From IMG/VR virus record IMGVR_UViG_3300033149_003004, positions 18,656 to 82,655 of that record: a stretch of DNA of 64,000 nt. One strand, 5' to 3'. How positions within the stretch are numbered: the stretch's first letter is position 1; every line of letters begins with the position of its first letter. A program made the position numbers and the translations under genes. Under the pieces are notes generated by a model, which did not search any database, was not told the DNA's origin, and saw nothing but the letters and a program-made list of their open reading frames with translations. Source of the DNA: a virus. Of the stretch, positions 28,476 through 38,042 are shown one piece after another.

Positions 28476-29281
28476 GTGTTCCAAACTACACATTGATCGC
28501 CGGTGTGGACAAATACCATCTCCGGCAACTTGCTTTGACGTGGCCGACCTGGAAGAAGCACAAGCCAAGTACGATTCTTGCTAATCCGATGATCGTATTC
28601 TACGATTGGCAACAGGTGACTGAATCCGATATCCTCGCAGTAGTGGATCATCCCGATTTACGAACGATTGAGTGGCCACTTTCGGGATTCGATTGGCATA
28701 GAGAAAACAAGAGGGAAGACAAGTTCAGTGACCCACATCGGGCGATGATGCTGAGCGGATTCGTTTACGTTCCCGCTCTGTTCGCCAACACTCCGTATTG
28801 GCTCAAGTTGGACACCGACGTTGTAGCGACTGGAATGGACGATTGGATTGATCCCACATGGTTCGCTGACCAGCCGGCAATCATATCTCATCGTTGGACA
28901 TTTACCAGACCACCCGACCAGATGTTACAGATGGATAAGTGGGTGGAAGATAACAAGGAGAGGATGCCCGAAATCGCTCGACATCCTCCGCTGAACTTGA
29001 TACCGACTCCGGGTTGGGATCGGGTGAAGCACAATCGCATCATATCATGGTGTGGATTCTTCGACTCGATGTGGACATTCAAGATGGCTCGGTTAACAGA
29101 AACGGGCGAGAGAAAGTTCAAGTTGCCGATACCGTCGCAAGACGGATTCCTATTTTATCTCGCCAAGAGAGGAGGACAGAAGATAGTTCGGGTGAATATG
29201 AAATCACGGGGATGGCAGCATTGGTCAACGTGGACCAATGTAAAAAAGCACGCAGGAAAAGCAATGGAGCTAGCGAACTGA
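28472..29281 (+). CDS. Putative GT-A glycosyltransferase
   Basis: YWLKLDTDV DxD motif, SQDG, cluster context. Confidence 0.6.
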   Translation: MSVPNYTLIAGVDKYHLRQLALTWPTWKKHKPSTILANPMIVFYDWQQVTESDILAVVDHPDLRTIEWPLSGFDWHRENKREDKFSDPHRAMMLSGFVYVPALFANTPYWLKLDTDVVATGMDDWIDPTWFADQPAIISHRWTFTRPPDQMLQMDKWVEDNKERMPEIARHPPLNLIPTPGWDRVKHNRIISWCGFFDSMWTFKMARLTETGERKFKLPIPSQDGFLFYLAKRGGQKIVRVNMKSRGWQHWSTWTNVKKHAGKAMELAN

Positions 29282-29312
29282 AGATCGGCCAGAATCTACC
29301 GAGTGAGAAGTA

Positions 29313-30014
29313 ATGAGAAGCAAGCAGTCTCTTATGCGCCGGAGTGGAATCGCTGTCTATCAAGTGGTAGAGTTGCTGGAGTGGAAACCGACGGTGATCC
29401 TTCAAGTTGGTGTCGGTCAGTATGCAAAAGAGATAGATGTGTTCACCGAAGCGTGGCCAGAAGCTGACTTGATCGGGTTTGAGCCACACCCGGACATCGT
29501 TCGCCGAATCGAGTATCCCGGTCTGATTGTCCGCAAAGCGTTGGGTCGGTACATCGGTTGGGCAAAGTTGTTCTATGATCCCGCTCATATCGATGGAGGC
29601 TCGGTCTATACCGATCCAACAAGCGGTAGATTGCAAGAGATCGACGTAGAAATCGATACCTTGGACAACTACTACCATGGAACGAAGTGGTATCGAGAAG
29701 ATGATCGGGTGTTGCTGTGGCTTGATTGCGAAGGTTCAGAACTAGATGTGCTGGTAGGTGGGGAAACAAGCATCGAACAAGTACAAATGATCAATGTGGA
29801 ACTGACTGGTAAGGTTTCAAGACCTGGCTGGCCAGATCCTATAATTGTGAATCGATGGCTACTAGGTCATGGTTTTCTGCTTCAATTCGTTCATACGCAG
29901 CGAATAGCTATTGGACAGTACGACGCAATCTATGTACGTCCTGAATTGTTCCGGCCCGAGTATTGCTCATGCCCGCTGCAAGTAGAAGCTTGGAGGAAGC
30001 GAAGTGAGGCATGA
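29313..30014 (+). CDS. FkbM-family methyltransferase
   Basis: GFEPHP, IDTLD, LWLDCEGSELDVLVG. Confidence 0.85.
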   Translation: MRSKQSLMRRSGIAVYQVVELLEWKPTVILQVGVGQYAKEIDVFTEAWPEADLIGFEPHPDIVRRIEYPGLIVRKALGRYIGWAKLFYDPAHIDGGSVYTDPTSGRLQEIDVEIDTLDNYYHGTKWYREDDRVLLWLDCEGSELDVLVGGETSIEQVQMINVELTGKVSRPGWPDPIIVNRWLLGHGFLLQFVHTQRIAIGQYDAIYVRPELFRPEYCSCPLQVEAWRKRSEA

Positions 30015-30912
30015 AGTCATCTATTTGATTTCGGGTATTGCACATATTCCTTATCTCACTGTCTCGCTGATGACGCTCCGCGAGCATTGGCAAGGACCGG
30101 TGCGAGTGTTTGCTTGGCCCGAGTCGATTGATCTAGTGCGGGAGATTGCCGAGGACGAAGGACTACACATTGAATGTGAATTGAGTGAACCTGCGTATCG
30201 AGCAAGGCGTGACGAAGGGAGACAGGGAAAAAACGATCAATTTCTGGCGAAAATCAGATTGATGCGGTCCCTCGAAAGTGGCGGCCCGGTTCTGTATTTG
30301 GATGCAGACACGTCGATTCATGGTGACTTATCACCTCTGTTCGAGCTTGCTTTGGTCCGTACATTTGTAGCTACGCGATTTTCGTCTTGGACGACAGCCG
30401 GCGAAGTGGTGCGAGCCAGAATCGAACGGCTGCGGGACTTTTCTGCTATAGACCGGAATTGCATCGGGGAAGTGCTACGAGAGCCCTGGCCCAGCGTGAA
30501 CGGCGGGGTGTTCTGCTGTTCGCCTAGCTCTCATGTGCTTGAAATCTGGGAACGGTGGACGTGGGAAGCTCGCCACGTATTCATCGCTGACGAAGCCGTG
30601 CTCCATATTCTCCAACCGCTATTCGTACCGTCGGGACAAATGGAGGTGTGGCCGGACGGTCGGTTCAACTGTTCGTGCAATCCGAAGTGGCTGCCGGAAG
30701 GTTTCAGCGAGCAGGACATCATCATATGGCACTATCATGGCGACTCGAATGTAAGACCACAGAAGCACGATGGATATGGCTATCGGCGATGGTGGTCGCT
30801 ATGGCAGAAATGTCTAGAAGAGGATGTGGGCAGGTGTCGGAGCTGGCAACCATGTGAAGCAAATGGATGGCTAGGGAACAAGTGGTTCGCAATTTTGGAA
30901 GGGAAGAAGTAA
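30004..30912 (+). CDS. GT-A (GT8-like) glycosyltransferase
   Basis: LYLDADT, NGGVF, ADEAVL, IWHYHG. Confidence 0.75.
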   Translation: MRHEVIYLISGIAHIPYLTVSLMTLREHWQGPVRVFAWPESIDLVREIAEDEGLHIECELSEPAYRARRDEGRQGKNDQFLAKIRLMRSLESGGPVLYLDADTSIHGDLSPLFELALVRTFVATRFSSWTTAGEVVRARIERLRDFSAIDRNCIGEVLREPWPSVNGGVFCCSPSSHVLEIWERWTWEARHVFIADEAVLHILQPLFVPSGQMEVWPDGRFNCSCNPKWLPEGFSEQDIIIWHYHGDSNVRPQKHDGYGYRRWWSLWQKCLEEDVGRCRSWQPCEANGWLGNKWFAILEGKK

Positions 30913-30913
30913 A

Positions 30914-31549
30914 ATGAGAAGGGGTATTGTGAATCCTATCCATTTGCTTAGATCACTGTTCCCATGGCCTGCCGAGAAGCCGGACGTACCAGAGAGACAT
31001 GAGCGATGGTTCAATCAGCAGAAGCAGATCTTGCTTCGCAAAGTGATCCCCCATGACGTGGGTCTCGTAGTCGAGCTAGGCTCCTGGCTTGGAGATTCGA
31101 CCCGTTGGTTTTGCGAATGGTGTCCAGAGGCGACGGTAATCGCTGTGGATACATGGTTCGGATCTGTCGAACATCTGCTGAGGCGGAGATCTGTCCTTCC
31201 CATGCTCTACGATACGTTCCTCGCTAATTGTTGGGAGTATCGAAATCGATTGATCCCGTTTCGCAATACATCGCTGGCGGCTCTGAACTTTTTGTACCGG
31301 TTAGAGCTGGAGCCAGACATGATATACTTCGATTCCGATCACAGTTTCTGGGGACTGCTGGCCGAGCTAGAAACATCACATGCCTTGTTCCCACGTTGCA
31401 TCTTCGTCGGGGATGATTACGGTGACCCGACAATAGGCAATGCCTTGAAGACGTTCGTCGAATACCAACAACCCTCCAAAGGAATATCAGTACAGAGAAG
31501 ATTCAAGGTCAACAACATCGGCAACACTTGGCACATTGTGAAAGAATGA
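30914..31549 (+). CDS. Class I SAM methyltransferase (Methyltransf_24-like)
   Basis: VELGSWLGDST, AVDTW, IYFDSDH, VGDDY. Confidence 0.85.
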   Translation: MRRGIVNPIHLLRSLFPWPAEKPDVPERHERWFNQQKQILLRKVIPHDVGLVVELGSWLGDSTRWFCEWCPEATVIAVDTWFGSVEHLLRRRSVLPMLYDTFLANCWEYRNRLIPFRNTSLAALNFLYRLELEPDMIYFDSDHSFWGLLAELETSHALFPRCIFVGDDYGDPTIGNALKTFVEYQQPSKGISVQRRFKVNNIGNTWHIVKE

Positions 31550-31559
31550 AAGAGGTGGA

Positions 31560-32105
31560 ATGAGAAAACATGAGCGTTCCCTGATTCGGATAATGCGAGA
31601 GCAATTGAATTGCCCCAGGTTCGGTGTCGAGATCGGTGTTTGGAAGGGAGAATTGTCGGCTCAGCTTCTCCGGGTGTTTCCTGATCTCACGCTCGTTATG
31701 GTCGATCTTTGGGCTGTGCCTAAGGGACGGTCCTCGATGCAAGCGAAAGACAATACGGATGAGGCCATGCGAAAAGCTATGCAGGAAGCAGAAGAGAATA
31801 CACGATTTGCTCAAGATCGACGATCGTTAATCCAAAACGACAGTATACGTGAAGCGAAGCAATGGCCTGACGATACATTCGATGTAGGTTTTCTCGATGC
31901 TGAGCATTTCGAGACGAAGCGGGACATTGTAGCTTGGTGGCCCAAGATTCAACAAGGGGGCATTCTTGCGGGACACGACTACAACGGCATGGGTGATCGC
32001 CGGAAGGGGTGGGGAGTGAAGCGGGACGTGGATGAATTTTTTAGCCGACTTGGACTGGACGTATATGTGGAGCCTGGTCTGGTTTGGTGGGCGAAGAAAC
32101 CATGA
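31560..32105 (+). CDS. Class I SAM methyltransferase (Methyltransf_24-like)
   Basis: VEIGVWKG, FLDAEH, GGILAGHDY. Confidence 0.85.
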   Translation: MRKHERSLIRIMREQLNCPRFGVEIGVWKGELSAQLLRVFPDLTLVMVDLWAVPKGRSSMQAKDNTDEAMRKAMQEAEENTRFAQDRRSLIQNDSIREAKQWPDDTFDVGFLDAEHFETKRDIVAWWPKIQQGGILAGHDYNGMGDRRKGWGVKRDVDEFFSRLGLDVYVEPGLVWWAKKP

Positions 32106-32728
32106 GCGATACAGGTGAATATTCGGAATCGTTTCAGCGACGGAAGAAGATTGAGCACGAAAGTAAACCTCCTCACGAGGGCACATTAGCGCTCATCCGT
32201 GCTATCTCAGCAGTCGTTCCGAAGAGCGACTCGATAATAGACCTGGGAGCCGGGACAGGACGCCATGTGAGGATGCTGCGGGAAGAAGGATACAATTGCA
32301 TAGGAGTCGATGGCACGCCTAGGATATCAGATATCACGGACGGTTTGGTGATAGAGCGTAATCTTTTGGAATCTCCACTGAGGAGCCCATTGCTTCATCC
32401 TCTCGGTGATTCTGATTTCCTGTGCATCTGGGATTGGGGACTTTTCTACGATGTGGGCGAGCACGTGCCAAGGAAGCACGAGCAGAAGTTGATCGATAAC
32501 ATCTGCAAGATTCCACGCAAAGGATTGATCGTGTCGTGGGGATATCCCGGCGAGCGGGGTAGAGGCCATGTTAACTGCCGTACACAAGTCTACATAGCGT
32601 GCGAATTCGCCAAGCGGGGCTTCTGGCCCGACGATAGGTTGACGACGGTAGCACGTGATGCCTCCAGTTTCTGGACTAAGCACCACATTCGACTGTTCGT
32701 AGCGAAGAGGATGGAGAAATCTATCTGA
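32102..32728 (+). CDS. Class I SAM methyltransferase
   Basis: IDLGAGTG, GVDG, VGEHVP, GHVNC. Confidence 0.85.
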   Translation: MSDTGEYSESFQRRKKIEHESKPPHEGTLALIRAISAVVPKSDSIIDLGAGTGRHVRMLREEGYNCIGVDGTPRISDITDGLVIERNLLESPLRSPLLHPLGDSDFLCIWDWGLFYDVGEHVPRKHEQKLIDNICKIPRKGLIVSWGYPGERGRGHVNCRTQVYIACEFAKRGFWPDDRLTTVARDASSFWTKHHIRLFVAKRMEKSI

Positions 32729-32738
32729 GATTAGAGGA

Positions 32739-33395
32739 ATGAAGCAGATCAAGTTCTCGTCCTACGAGCAGTATCTCCATGCTCAACGACTGACCGTGAT
32801 GAAACGCGGCTTCGGTCCATACTTTTGTGACATGGAAATGATCCGCATTGCTGAATGGTGTAGACGAAACGGGCTACAGGTCCGCTATGGTATCTGCCAT
32901 GGAGCGAGGAATGGACTGGAGTGTGATGAGCTGATGCGGCATCTACCGATGTCCGAAATCATCGGTACAGACATCGCTCCATATAGCGGCAAGAGCAAGC
33001 AGATGGCAGGTCAAGCCAAAGTAATAGAGTGGGATTTCAACAAGCAGAGGAAAGAGTGGATTGGTCGTTTCGACCTAGTCTATACGAACAGTCTTGATCA
33101 CTCAAACGATCCTCCGACTACGCTATCGGTCTGGTTAGAGCAGCTAGTATGGAACGGGGCTTTGTTTGTGCAATGGAATCGATCTAATCTCAATGTGAAG
33201 GGAGGAGATTGCTTCGGTGCCGATCTACTGGAGATGATCGACCTGTTAAACTCTACCGGTCGCTTAGTCGACATGATCTATGTGAAGACAGACTGGCAGA
33301 AGGGAAGCATGTTCCGGAGGCATGGACTAGAGTGTGTCATCTACGTAGTCAGGAAGAAACAGCCATCTCGGTCAGGAGAAATGACATGCCCTTGA
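32739..33395 (+). CDS. Methyltransferase-like protein
   Basis: ICHGARNGLE, GTDI, FDLVYTNSLDH. Confidence 0.7.
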   Translation: MKQIKFSSYEQYLHAQRLTVMKRGFGPYFCDMEMIRIAEWCRRNGLQVRYGICHGARNGLECDELMRHLPMSEIIGTDIAPYSGKSKQMAGQAKVIEWDFNKQRKEWIGRFDLVYTNSLDHSNDPPTTLSVWLEQLVWNGALFVQWNRSNLNVKGGDCFGADLLEMIDLLNSTGRLVDMIYVKTDWQKGSMFRRHGLECVIYVVRKKQPSRSGEMTCP

Positions 33396-33970
33396 TCTTG
33401 CCAGGGATGTTTGAATTCGCCGCTCCGCCTAGAACTGGCGTCCGCTGGTTTGTCGAAGCTTGTCACACCGCCGGCTTGGTGTCACTTCCATCTACTGCTT
33501 CTGTCACAGCGTCTTACCGTCCGTGGCCGATCACTGCCTCTGCCGATTCGTTGCGAGTGTCGTTAGTTCGCCATCCGTGTCATTGGTTCCGCAGTCTCTA
33601 TGATTCGCTTCGCTTCGGCTTGCATTTGGAATGCGTTGCTCTGGAACAGTTGCGAGAGCAGTTCGTAGGGCTGAGGAAGGAATCGTTCGAGTCTTTCGCT
33701 CTGGACTATCTCGAAAAGATGCCGGGAAAGATCACTTCCGTTTTCGACTCTTACAAATCCGATATACGCATCAAGTTAGAAGACATGCCTTGGGCACTGG
33801 CTGAGCTTCTCAATTCGCTTGACGCTAAGAAAAGAGAGCTACACAAGGTCTTTTCGTTGCCGTCAATAGGACGACTTCCGAGCATGTGCAAATCAAAGTG
33901 GAAGGCCCCTCTATTTGACCAAATGATCGAAGCAGAGAAGCAATTTTGCGAAGATTTGGACTACTACTGA
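33386..33970 (+). CDS. Sulfotransferase-like protein
   Basis: APPRTG, VRHPCHWFRSLY, IKLED. Confidence 0.65.
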   Translation: MPLILPGMFEFAAPPRTGVRWFVEACHTAGLVSLPSTASVTASYRPWPITASADSLRVSLVRHPCHWFRSLYDSLRFGLHLECVALEQLREQFVGLRKESFESFALDYLEKMPGKITSVFDSYKSDIRIKLEDMPWALAELLNSLDAKKRELHKVFSLPSIGRLPSMCKSKWKAPLFDQMIEAEKQFCEDLDYY

Positions 33971-33983
33971 GCAGGATCATAGC

Positions 33984-34724
33984 ATGGCCAAATCGATTTG
34001 GAAGTCTAAGAGGAGCAAAAGCCTAATCGTTATCCCGGCTCGGATGGTAAGCACCCGCTTGTTCGGGAAACCGATGTTGACAGTCGCTGGAAAACCGCTG
34101 GTCCAATGGACCTACGAGCGGGCCAAGCAGACTGATGCTGATTACGTGATGGTGGCCACACCGGATCGGGAAGTGGCTCAATATTGTCAGAACAACGGAC
34201 TTGTCTGGATGCTCACGGGACCAGATCATCCGAATGGCACCTCCAGGGTAGCCGAGGTGTTCGGCAAACTCCACCCCGAGGACAAGAGGCAGATATGCAC
34301 GATAGTGAATTGGCAAGTGGACGAGCCGGTGGTATCGCCCACTGCTGTCAACATGCTATTGCCTCTGCATGTCAGAGCCGTATCGACATTGGTTTGCCCA
34401 ATATGCGAATCGCCAAGAGATCCAAATCGAGTGAAGGTCGTGTACTCACAAGATAGATGCCATTGGTTTTCACGTGCTCCGATGGCAGGAGCAGGCAGTC
34501 ACATTGGCATCTATGCGTTCTGCCCGTTTCTGCTGCAGATGATTTCGCTGTTAAGACCGTCGCGGCTCGCCAAGCTGGAATCTTTGGAGCAGTTGACGTG
34601 GATTGAGAACGGGGTCATGATAAGACCCGTCGAAATCGATACTGAGCCATTGTCGATAAATGATGATACGAGTTGGCAAGCATTCAGAGAACTGAAGGAA
34701 GGAGGGAATGCCAGTGGCGATTAA
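33984..34724 (+). CDS. kdsB: CMP-KDO synthetase-like cytidylyltransferase
   Basis: IPARMVSTRLFGKPM, HPNGTSR, NWQVDEP, WFSRAP, HIGIYAF, LESLEQL. Confidence 0.9.
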   Translation: MAKSIWKSKRSKSLIVIPARMVSTRLFGKPMLTVAGKPLVQWTYERAKQTDADYVMVATPDREVAQYCQNNGLVWMLTGPDHPNGTSRVAEVFGKLHPEDKRQICTIVNWQVDEPVVSPTAVNMLLPLHVRAVSTLVCPICESPRDPNRVKVVYSQDRCHWFSRAPMAGAGSHIGIYAFCPFLLQMISLLRPSRLAKLESLEQLTWIENGVMIRPVEIDTEPLSINDDTSWQAFRELKEGGNASGD

Positions 34725-35553
34725 GCCGAAGACAAAGGGACAAGCAAAGCAGACGGGACGGCTTCCCTTAATCGAAATCATTTCGCATTGTTACGCCGCG
34801 GAGCTTCCACAGTACGCCACGTTCCTGGCATATCAAGCAAGCAGTTTGGTGATACACAAGCCGAAGAATTGCGACGTTTGTCTGTCTGTCTGCGTCTGGA
34901 GCGAGAAGGAAGATTCGAATAATCCGACGATCCCGTGGAGTATTGCCGATGCGAACGTTGCTGAGGTAATGCTTTGGGTGAAGCAGACATTGATTAGGTA
35001 TGGTATTGATTGGTCGATCTGCCACCTAACAAAGAGGGAGATCGGCAGACGCAGCATCGGGCGAAATCATTTAGCACTGGCTAGCGAGGCAGATATCGTG
35101 TGGTTTGCGGATGTAGACCAAGTGTTTCGAGACGGCATACTAGATCGGCTCGCCGCGATGGAGTGGCCAGAGGGAGCAACGATGCTTTATCCCAGAGAGA
35201 TCATGATTCACCAAGATTGGAAAACAGGGGACGCTTTAGTGCGAAACGTACCGATCGAAGCATTGTTTGCTTATGGCCCGTTTGACATCGATCCATCCGG
35301 ATTTGTGCCGAAACGATATCGCAAGGCGATCGGTGGTGTACAGATCGTCCGCGGAGACTTCGCCCGAGAGCACGGTTATCTGAATGGGGTGGAGAAGTGG
35401 CAGCAACCCACCGATCGACCATTCGGAGACTTTCGTGATGACGTAGCATACAGAAGATATTGCGAGCAGCGCGGCTCAATCATGGGAGTAGACCTGGTTG
35501 GGATGTACAGGCTGAGACATACGAGGACGACTTATCAAGAGGTCAGGGTGTGA
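34708..35553 (+). CDS. GT-A (GT2-like) glycosyltransferase
   Basis: RSIGRN..A, VWFADVD, GGVQIV. Confidence 0.7.
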   Translation: MPVAIKPKTKGQAKQTGRLPLIEIISHCYAAELPQYATFLAYQASSLVIHKPKNCDVCLSVCVWSEKEDSNNPTIPWSIADANVAEVMLWVKQTLIRYGIDWSICHLTKREIGRRSIGRNHLALASEADIVWFADVDQVFRDGILDRLAAMEWPEGATMLYPREIMIHQDWKTGDALVRNVPIEALFAYGPFDIDPSGFVPKRYRKAIGGVQIVRGDFAREHGYLNGVEKWQQPTDRPFGDFRDDVAYRRYCEQRGSIMGVDLVGMYRLRHTRTTYQEVRV

Positions 35554-35759
35554 ATAGAAAGATGATGGAACTGCTATTTCAGTACCGCTGCCGGCGCTGC
35601 GGATCACTCGACGAAGTTCGGCGTGATTCGAGTTATCTCATCACTGATGATGGGGTAGATACCCCTATAGTGCAATCACCCCGTTGGCACCAGTGCATCG
35701 ATGGGGGTACGGGTGTAGCTGAGTTCATCGGTTTTCGGCCGGCGGGCGAGGCGGGTTAG
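35550..35759 (+). CDS. Small Zn-ribbon protein
   Basis: YRCRRCG..HQC..G.GVAEFIG. Confidence 0.55.
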   Translation: MNRKMMELLFQYRCRRCGSLDEVRRDSSYLITDDGVDTPIVQSPRWHQCIDGGTGVAEFIGFRPAGEAG

Positions 35760-35952
35760 GCTACTACGGATGCCATGTGTAGTAGTAGCCAGTCTATGTT
35801 TGGAACCCCCTAGTAGGGGGAGTTCTGGGGATTTCTGCTGCCCACCCCCCCCCCACCAGGTTGTCCCGCTAGGGGCTTTGCCTGGAGGTCTTGGCGTAGA
35901 CCCCCTTCTGGGGAAAATTTTCGAGAAAATGCCCGTGCCACCTATTTTCCTA

Positions 35953-35980
35953 TTGACCTATGTTTCTTAGTACATATAAT
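35953..35980 (+). promoter_or_regulatory. Sigma70-type early promoter
   Basis: TTGACC-N16-TATAAT ahead of the cassette array. Confidence 0.75.
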
Positions 35981-36032
35981 AATAGTAGAGGCAAGGGAAA
36001 AGGGGCACAACACTTACACAGGAGACTGGGAC

Positions 36033-36230
36033 ATGAAGACGAAGAGAACAGCACGAGCCGAGGTCAAATGCGAGTCCGGTCTGCCCCAGGCCCGGTATCT
36101 CGGCTGGGATGAGAGCGAGCAAGCCTGGCGATTCCTCGAACTCGAAACAGGCGAAGTGTTCTTCGTGGACATCTTCGCTGTCACGCCGGGCCACTACGAG
36201 ATCGCGGGCAAGGTCTACCGCAGGGGCTAG
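36033..36230 (+). CDS. Early small protein (MKTKRTA family)
   Basis: Repeat-leader RBS. Confidence 0.7.
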   Translation: MKTKRTARAEVKCESGLPQARYLGWDESEQAWRFLELETGEVFFVDIFAVTPGHYEIAGKVYRRG

Positions 36231-36292
36231 CAGATAGTAATAGTAGAGGTGAGGGAAAAAGGGGCACAACACCTACCACAGGAGACTGAGAG

Positions 36293-36589
36293 ATGAAGAC
36301 GAAACGAACAGCACAAGTTGAGGTGAGGGGTCAGCACAGCCGGGGTGCTAATGCTCAGGGGTTTGGCGGGCCCGACACCTACGTGGCGGTCCAGGTGGTG
36401 CCGGAGGGAGTCGAGCCTCTCCGTCGCCTTGACCGCAAGGCGGCTGCCCGTCGCGGCATCGAACTCATCTACGTGGGTGAGGGATATGATGAGCACCGTG
36501 GGCCGCGGAGCTCGCTGGGGAGGGCAATCCGCAAGGCCACGGAGATTGCGGACCGGATCAACGGGAGAGTGGGAGGCTGGCCCATCTGA
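36293..36589 (+). CDS. Early small protein, paralogue A
   Basis: Repeat-leader RBS; near-identical to 36651..37013. Confidence 0.75.
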   Translation: MKTKRTAQVEVRGQHSRGANAQGFGGPDTYVAVQVVPEGVEPLRRLDRKAAARRGIELIYVGEGYDEHRGPRSSLGRAIRKATEIADRINGRVGGWPI

Positions 36590-36593
36590 TGCT

Positions 36594-36621
36594 TCCTCAG
36601 GCGCACGGAAGCGCCTGAGGA
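36594..36621 (+). promoter_or_regulatory. CsrA-type CANGGANG hairpin
   Basis: TCCTCAGGCGC-ACGGAA-GCGCCTGAGGA, 11-bp stem. Confidence 0.65.
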
Positions 36622-36650
36622 TCCTAACACTTACCACAGGAGACTGAGAG

Positions 36651-37013
36651 ATGAAGCCGAAAAGAACAGCACGAGTCGAGGTGAGAAGCAAGCACAGCCG
36701 AGGTGTTGGTCCTCGGAGATTTGGCGGGCCCGACACCTACGTGGCGGTCCAGGTGGTGCCGGAGAGGGTTGAGCCTCTCCGTCGCCTCGACCGCAAGGCG
36801 GCTGCCCGTCGTGGGATCGAACTTATCTACGTGGGTGAGGGATACGCGAAGCACTTTGGCCCCCGCAGCACGTTGGGGGAGGCAATCCGCAAGGCCACGG
36901 AGATTGTGGATCGGATCAACGCGGAAGAGGGAACTGGAGAGACTAAGTCAGTCCACTGGGGCATCCAGTCCGCGAAGCTGTGGAGATTGCGGTTCGGACT
37001 AGCGAAGAGGTAG
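36651..37013 (+). CDS. Early small protein, paralogue B
   Basis: FGGPDTYVAVQVVPE..RRGIELIYVGEGY shared with paralogue A. Confidence 0.75.
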   Translation: MKPKRTARVEVRSKHSRGVGPRRFGGPDTYVAVQVVPERVEPLRRLDRKAAARRGIELIYVGEGYAKHFGPRSTLGEAIRKATEIVDRINAEEGTGETKSVHWGIQSAKLWRLRFGLAKR

Positions 37014-37033
37014 AGGCCGAATCATTCGTTGCT

Positions 37034-37061
37034 TCCTCAGGTGCACGGAAGCGCCTGAGGA
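37034..37061 (+). promoter_or_regulatory. CsrA-type CANGGANG hairpin (second copy)
   Basis: TCCTCAGGTGC-ACGGAA-GCGCCTGAGGA; the C>T change keeps a G-U pair. Confidence 0.65.
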
Positions 37062-37090
37062 GCATAGCACTTACTACAGGAGACTGAGAA

Positions 37091-37513
37091 ATGAATCAGC
37101 ACACAACTCAAGACGAACAGGCAAACGTCGTTAGCAAGCTAATTGACGACGCCGCGGAAATCGCTGCCTCAGCGTGGGGTCCAATCGTAGCAGCTATCGC
37201 GAGATCCACTGCCGCTTCGGTGGAGCAGGCGCAGCAAGCCGCTCGATCCGCCAGTGAGGCGGTCGATGGAGCTGAGGACGTACACGCATTGGCTACTTCG
37301 ACCGCGACGGTCGCAGAAGTGGCTGTCGCAGCGTGGGAATCGGCCATGCTGGCTGCCGCGGCGTCCACTGCCGCTTCCAAGGCCGCTGAAGCGGCGCTAG
37401 AAGCAGCGAGAGCGGCACAGGAGGCCGCTGACCTGGCCAAAGCCGCTGATTTGGCCAAAGCCGCTGACTTGGCCGAAGCCATTGATAGCATAACACTTAC
37501 TACAGGAGACTGA
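37091..37513 (+). CDS. Ala-rich protein
   Basis: Repeat-leader RBS; AADLAK repeats; stop lies inside the next leader. Confidence 0.6.
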   Translation: MNQHTTQDEQANVVSKLIDDAAEIAASAWGPIVAAIARSTAASVEQAQQAARSASEAVDGAEDVHALATSTATVAEVAVAAWESAMLAAAASTAASKAAEAALEAARAAQEAADLAKAADLAKAADLAEAIDSITLTTGD

Positions 37514-37595
37514 GAGATGGAGACGAACCAGCAGAACGATTTGGGCGTTGGCGACGACTTGGAGATTTTTGTGGTCAAGCAAAGGAGACTCGACA

Positions 37596-38042
37596 ATGGT
37601 AGACTATCGTATTGAGCTGCCTGGCGATGCAGAGGAATCACTCCGTCGGCGTTGGTCCGCCGATGATGAGCATGTGTCTCGCGTTACCACCTCTTTCGGC
37701 GACCGAGAAGTGGTCAACGATACGGCGTGCTCTTTCTGCCGAGCCTATTACTGCTACACCACTGGCGAATTCAGTAAGCCTCGGCCTCATTGCCCGTTTG
37801 CCGAATGGGCACTACGAGAGGGCATATACTCCGCGTGTGCCTGTCTTGTGTGGCTTGATGGCGTGATGCCGCCTCGACTGTACAAGCTCTTGGAGATTGA
37901 CGCAGGGAGTATCAGATGGTCTGCGGCACATCACAGTAAGGTCAAAATTCTTATGCGGAAGTTCCGCGAGCAGGCAGCTGATTTGATCACGTGGGTCAGA
38001 GCCGAAGCCGATCTTGCTCCGGTACCCCAGGGCCGATCATAA
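37596..38042 (+). CDS. Cys-containing hypothetical protein
   Basis: AAGGAGACTCGACAATG RBS; CSFC..CPF. Confidence 0.6.
   Translation: MVDYRIELPGDAEESLRRRWSADDEHVSRVTTSFGDREVVNDTACSFCRAYYCYTTGEFSKPRPHCPFAEWALREGIYSACACLVWLDGVMPPRLYKLLEIDAGSIRWSAAHHSKVKILMRKFREQAADLITWVRAEADLAPVPQGRS

Larger units (their letters stand above)
35981..37519 (+). repeat. Five repeated leaders CAC(T/C)TAC(N)ACAGGAGACTG(A/G)GAnATG, each starting a small gene
   Basis: Copies end at ATGs 36033, 36293, 36651, 37091, 37517. Confidence 0.9.

Noticed and set aside
36586-36625. Hammerhead ribozyme at CTGATG + hairpin
   Set aside because: Lacks the CUGAUGA...GAAA core
36293-37013. Near-identical gene pair as DGR template/variable repeats
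   Set aside because: No reverse transcriptase in the window; differences are not confined to adenines
35981-37519. Leader repeats as CRISPR or integron attC sites
   Set aside because: Intervals are whole genes, the repeat is an RBS, there are no attC R-box ends and no integrase in the window
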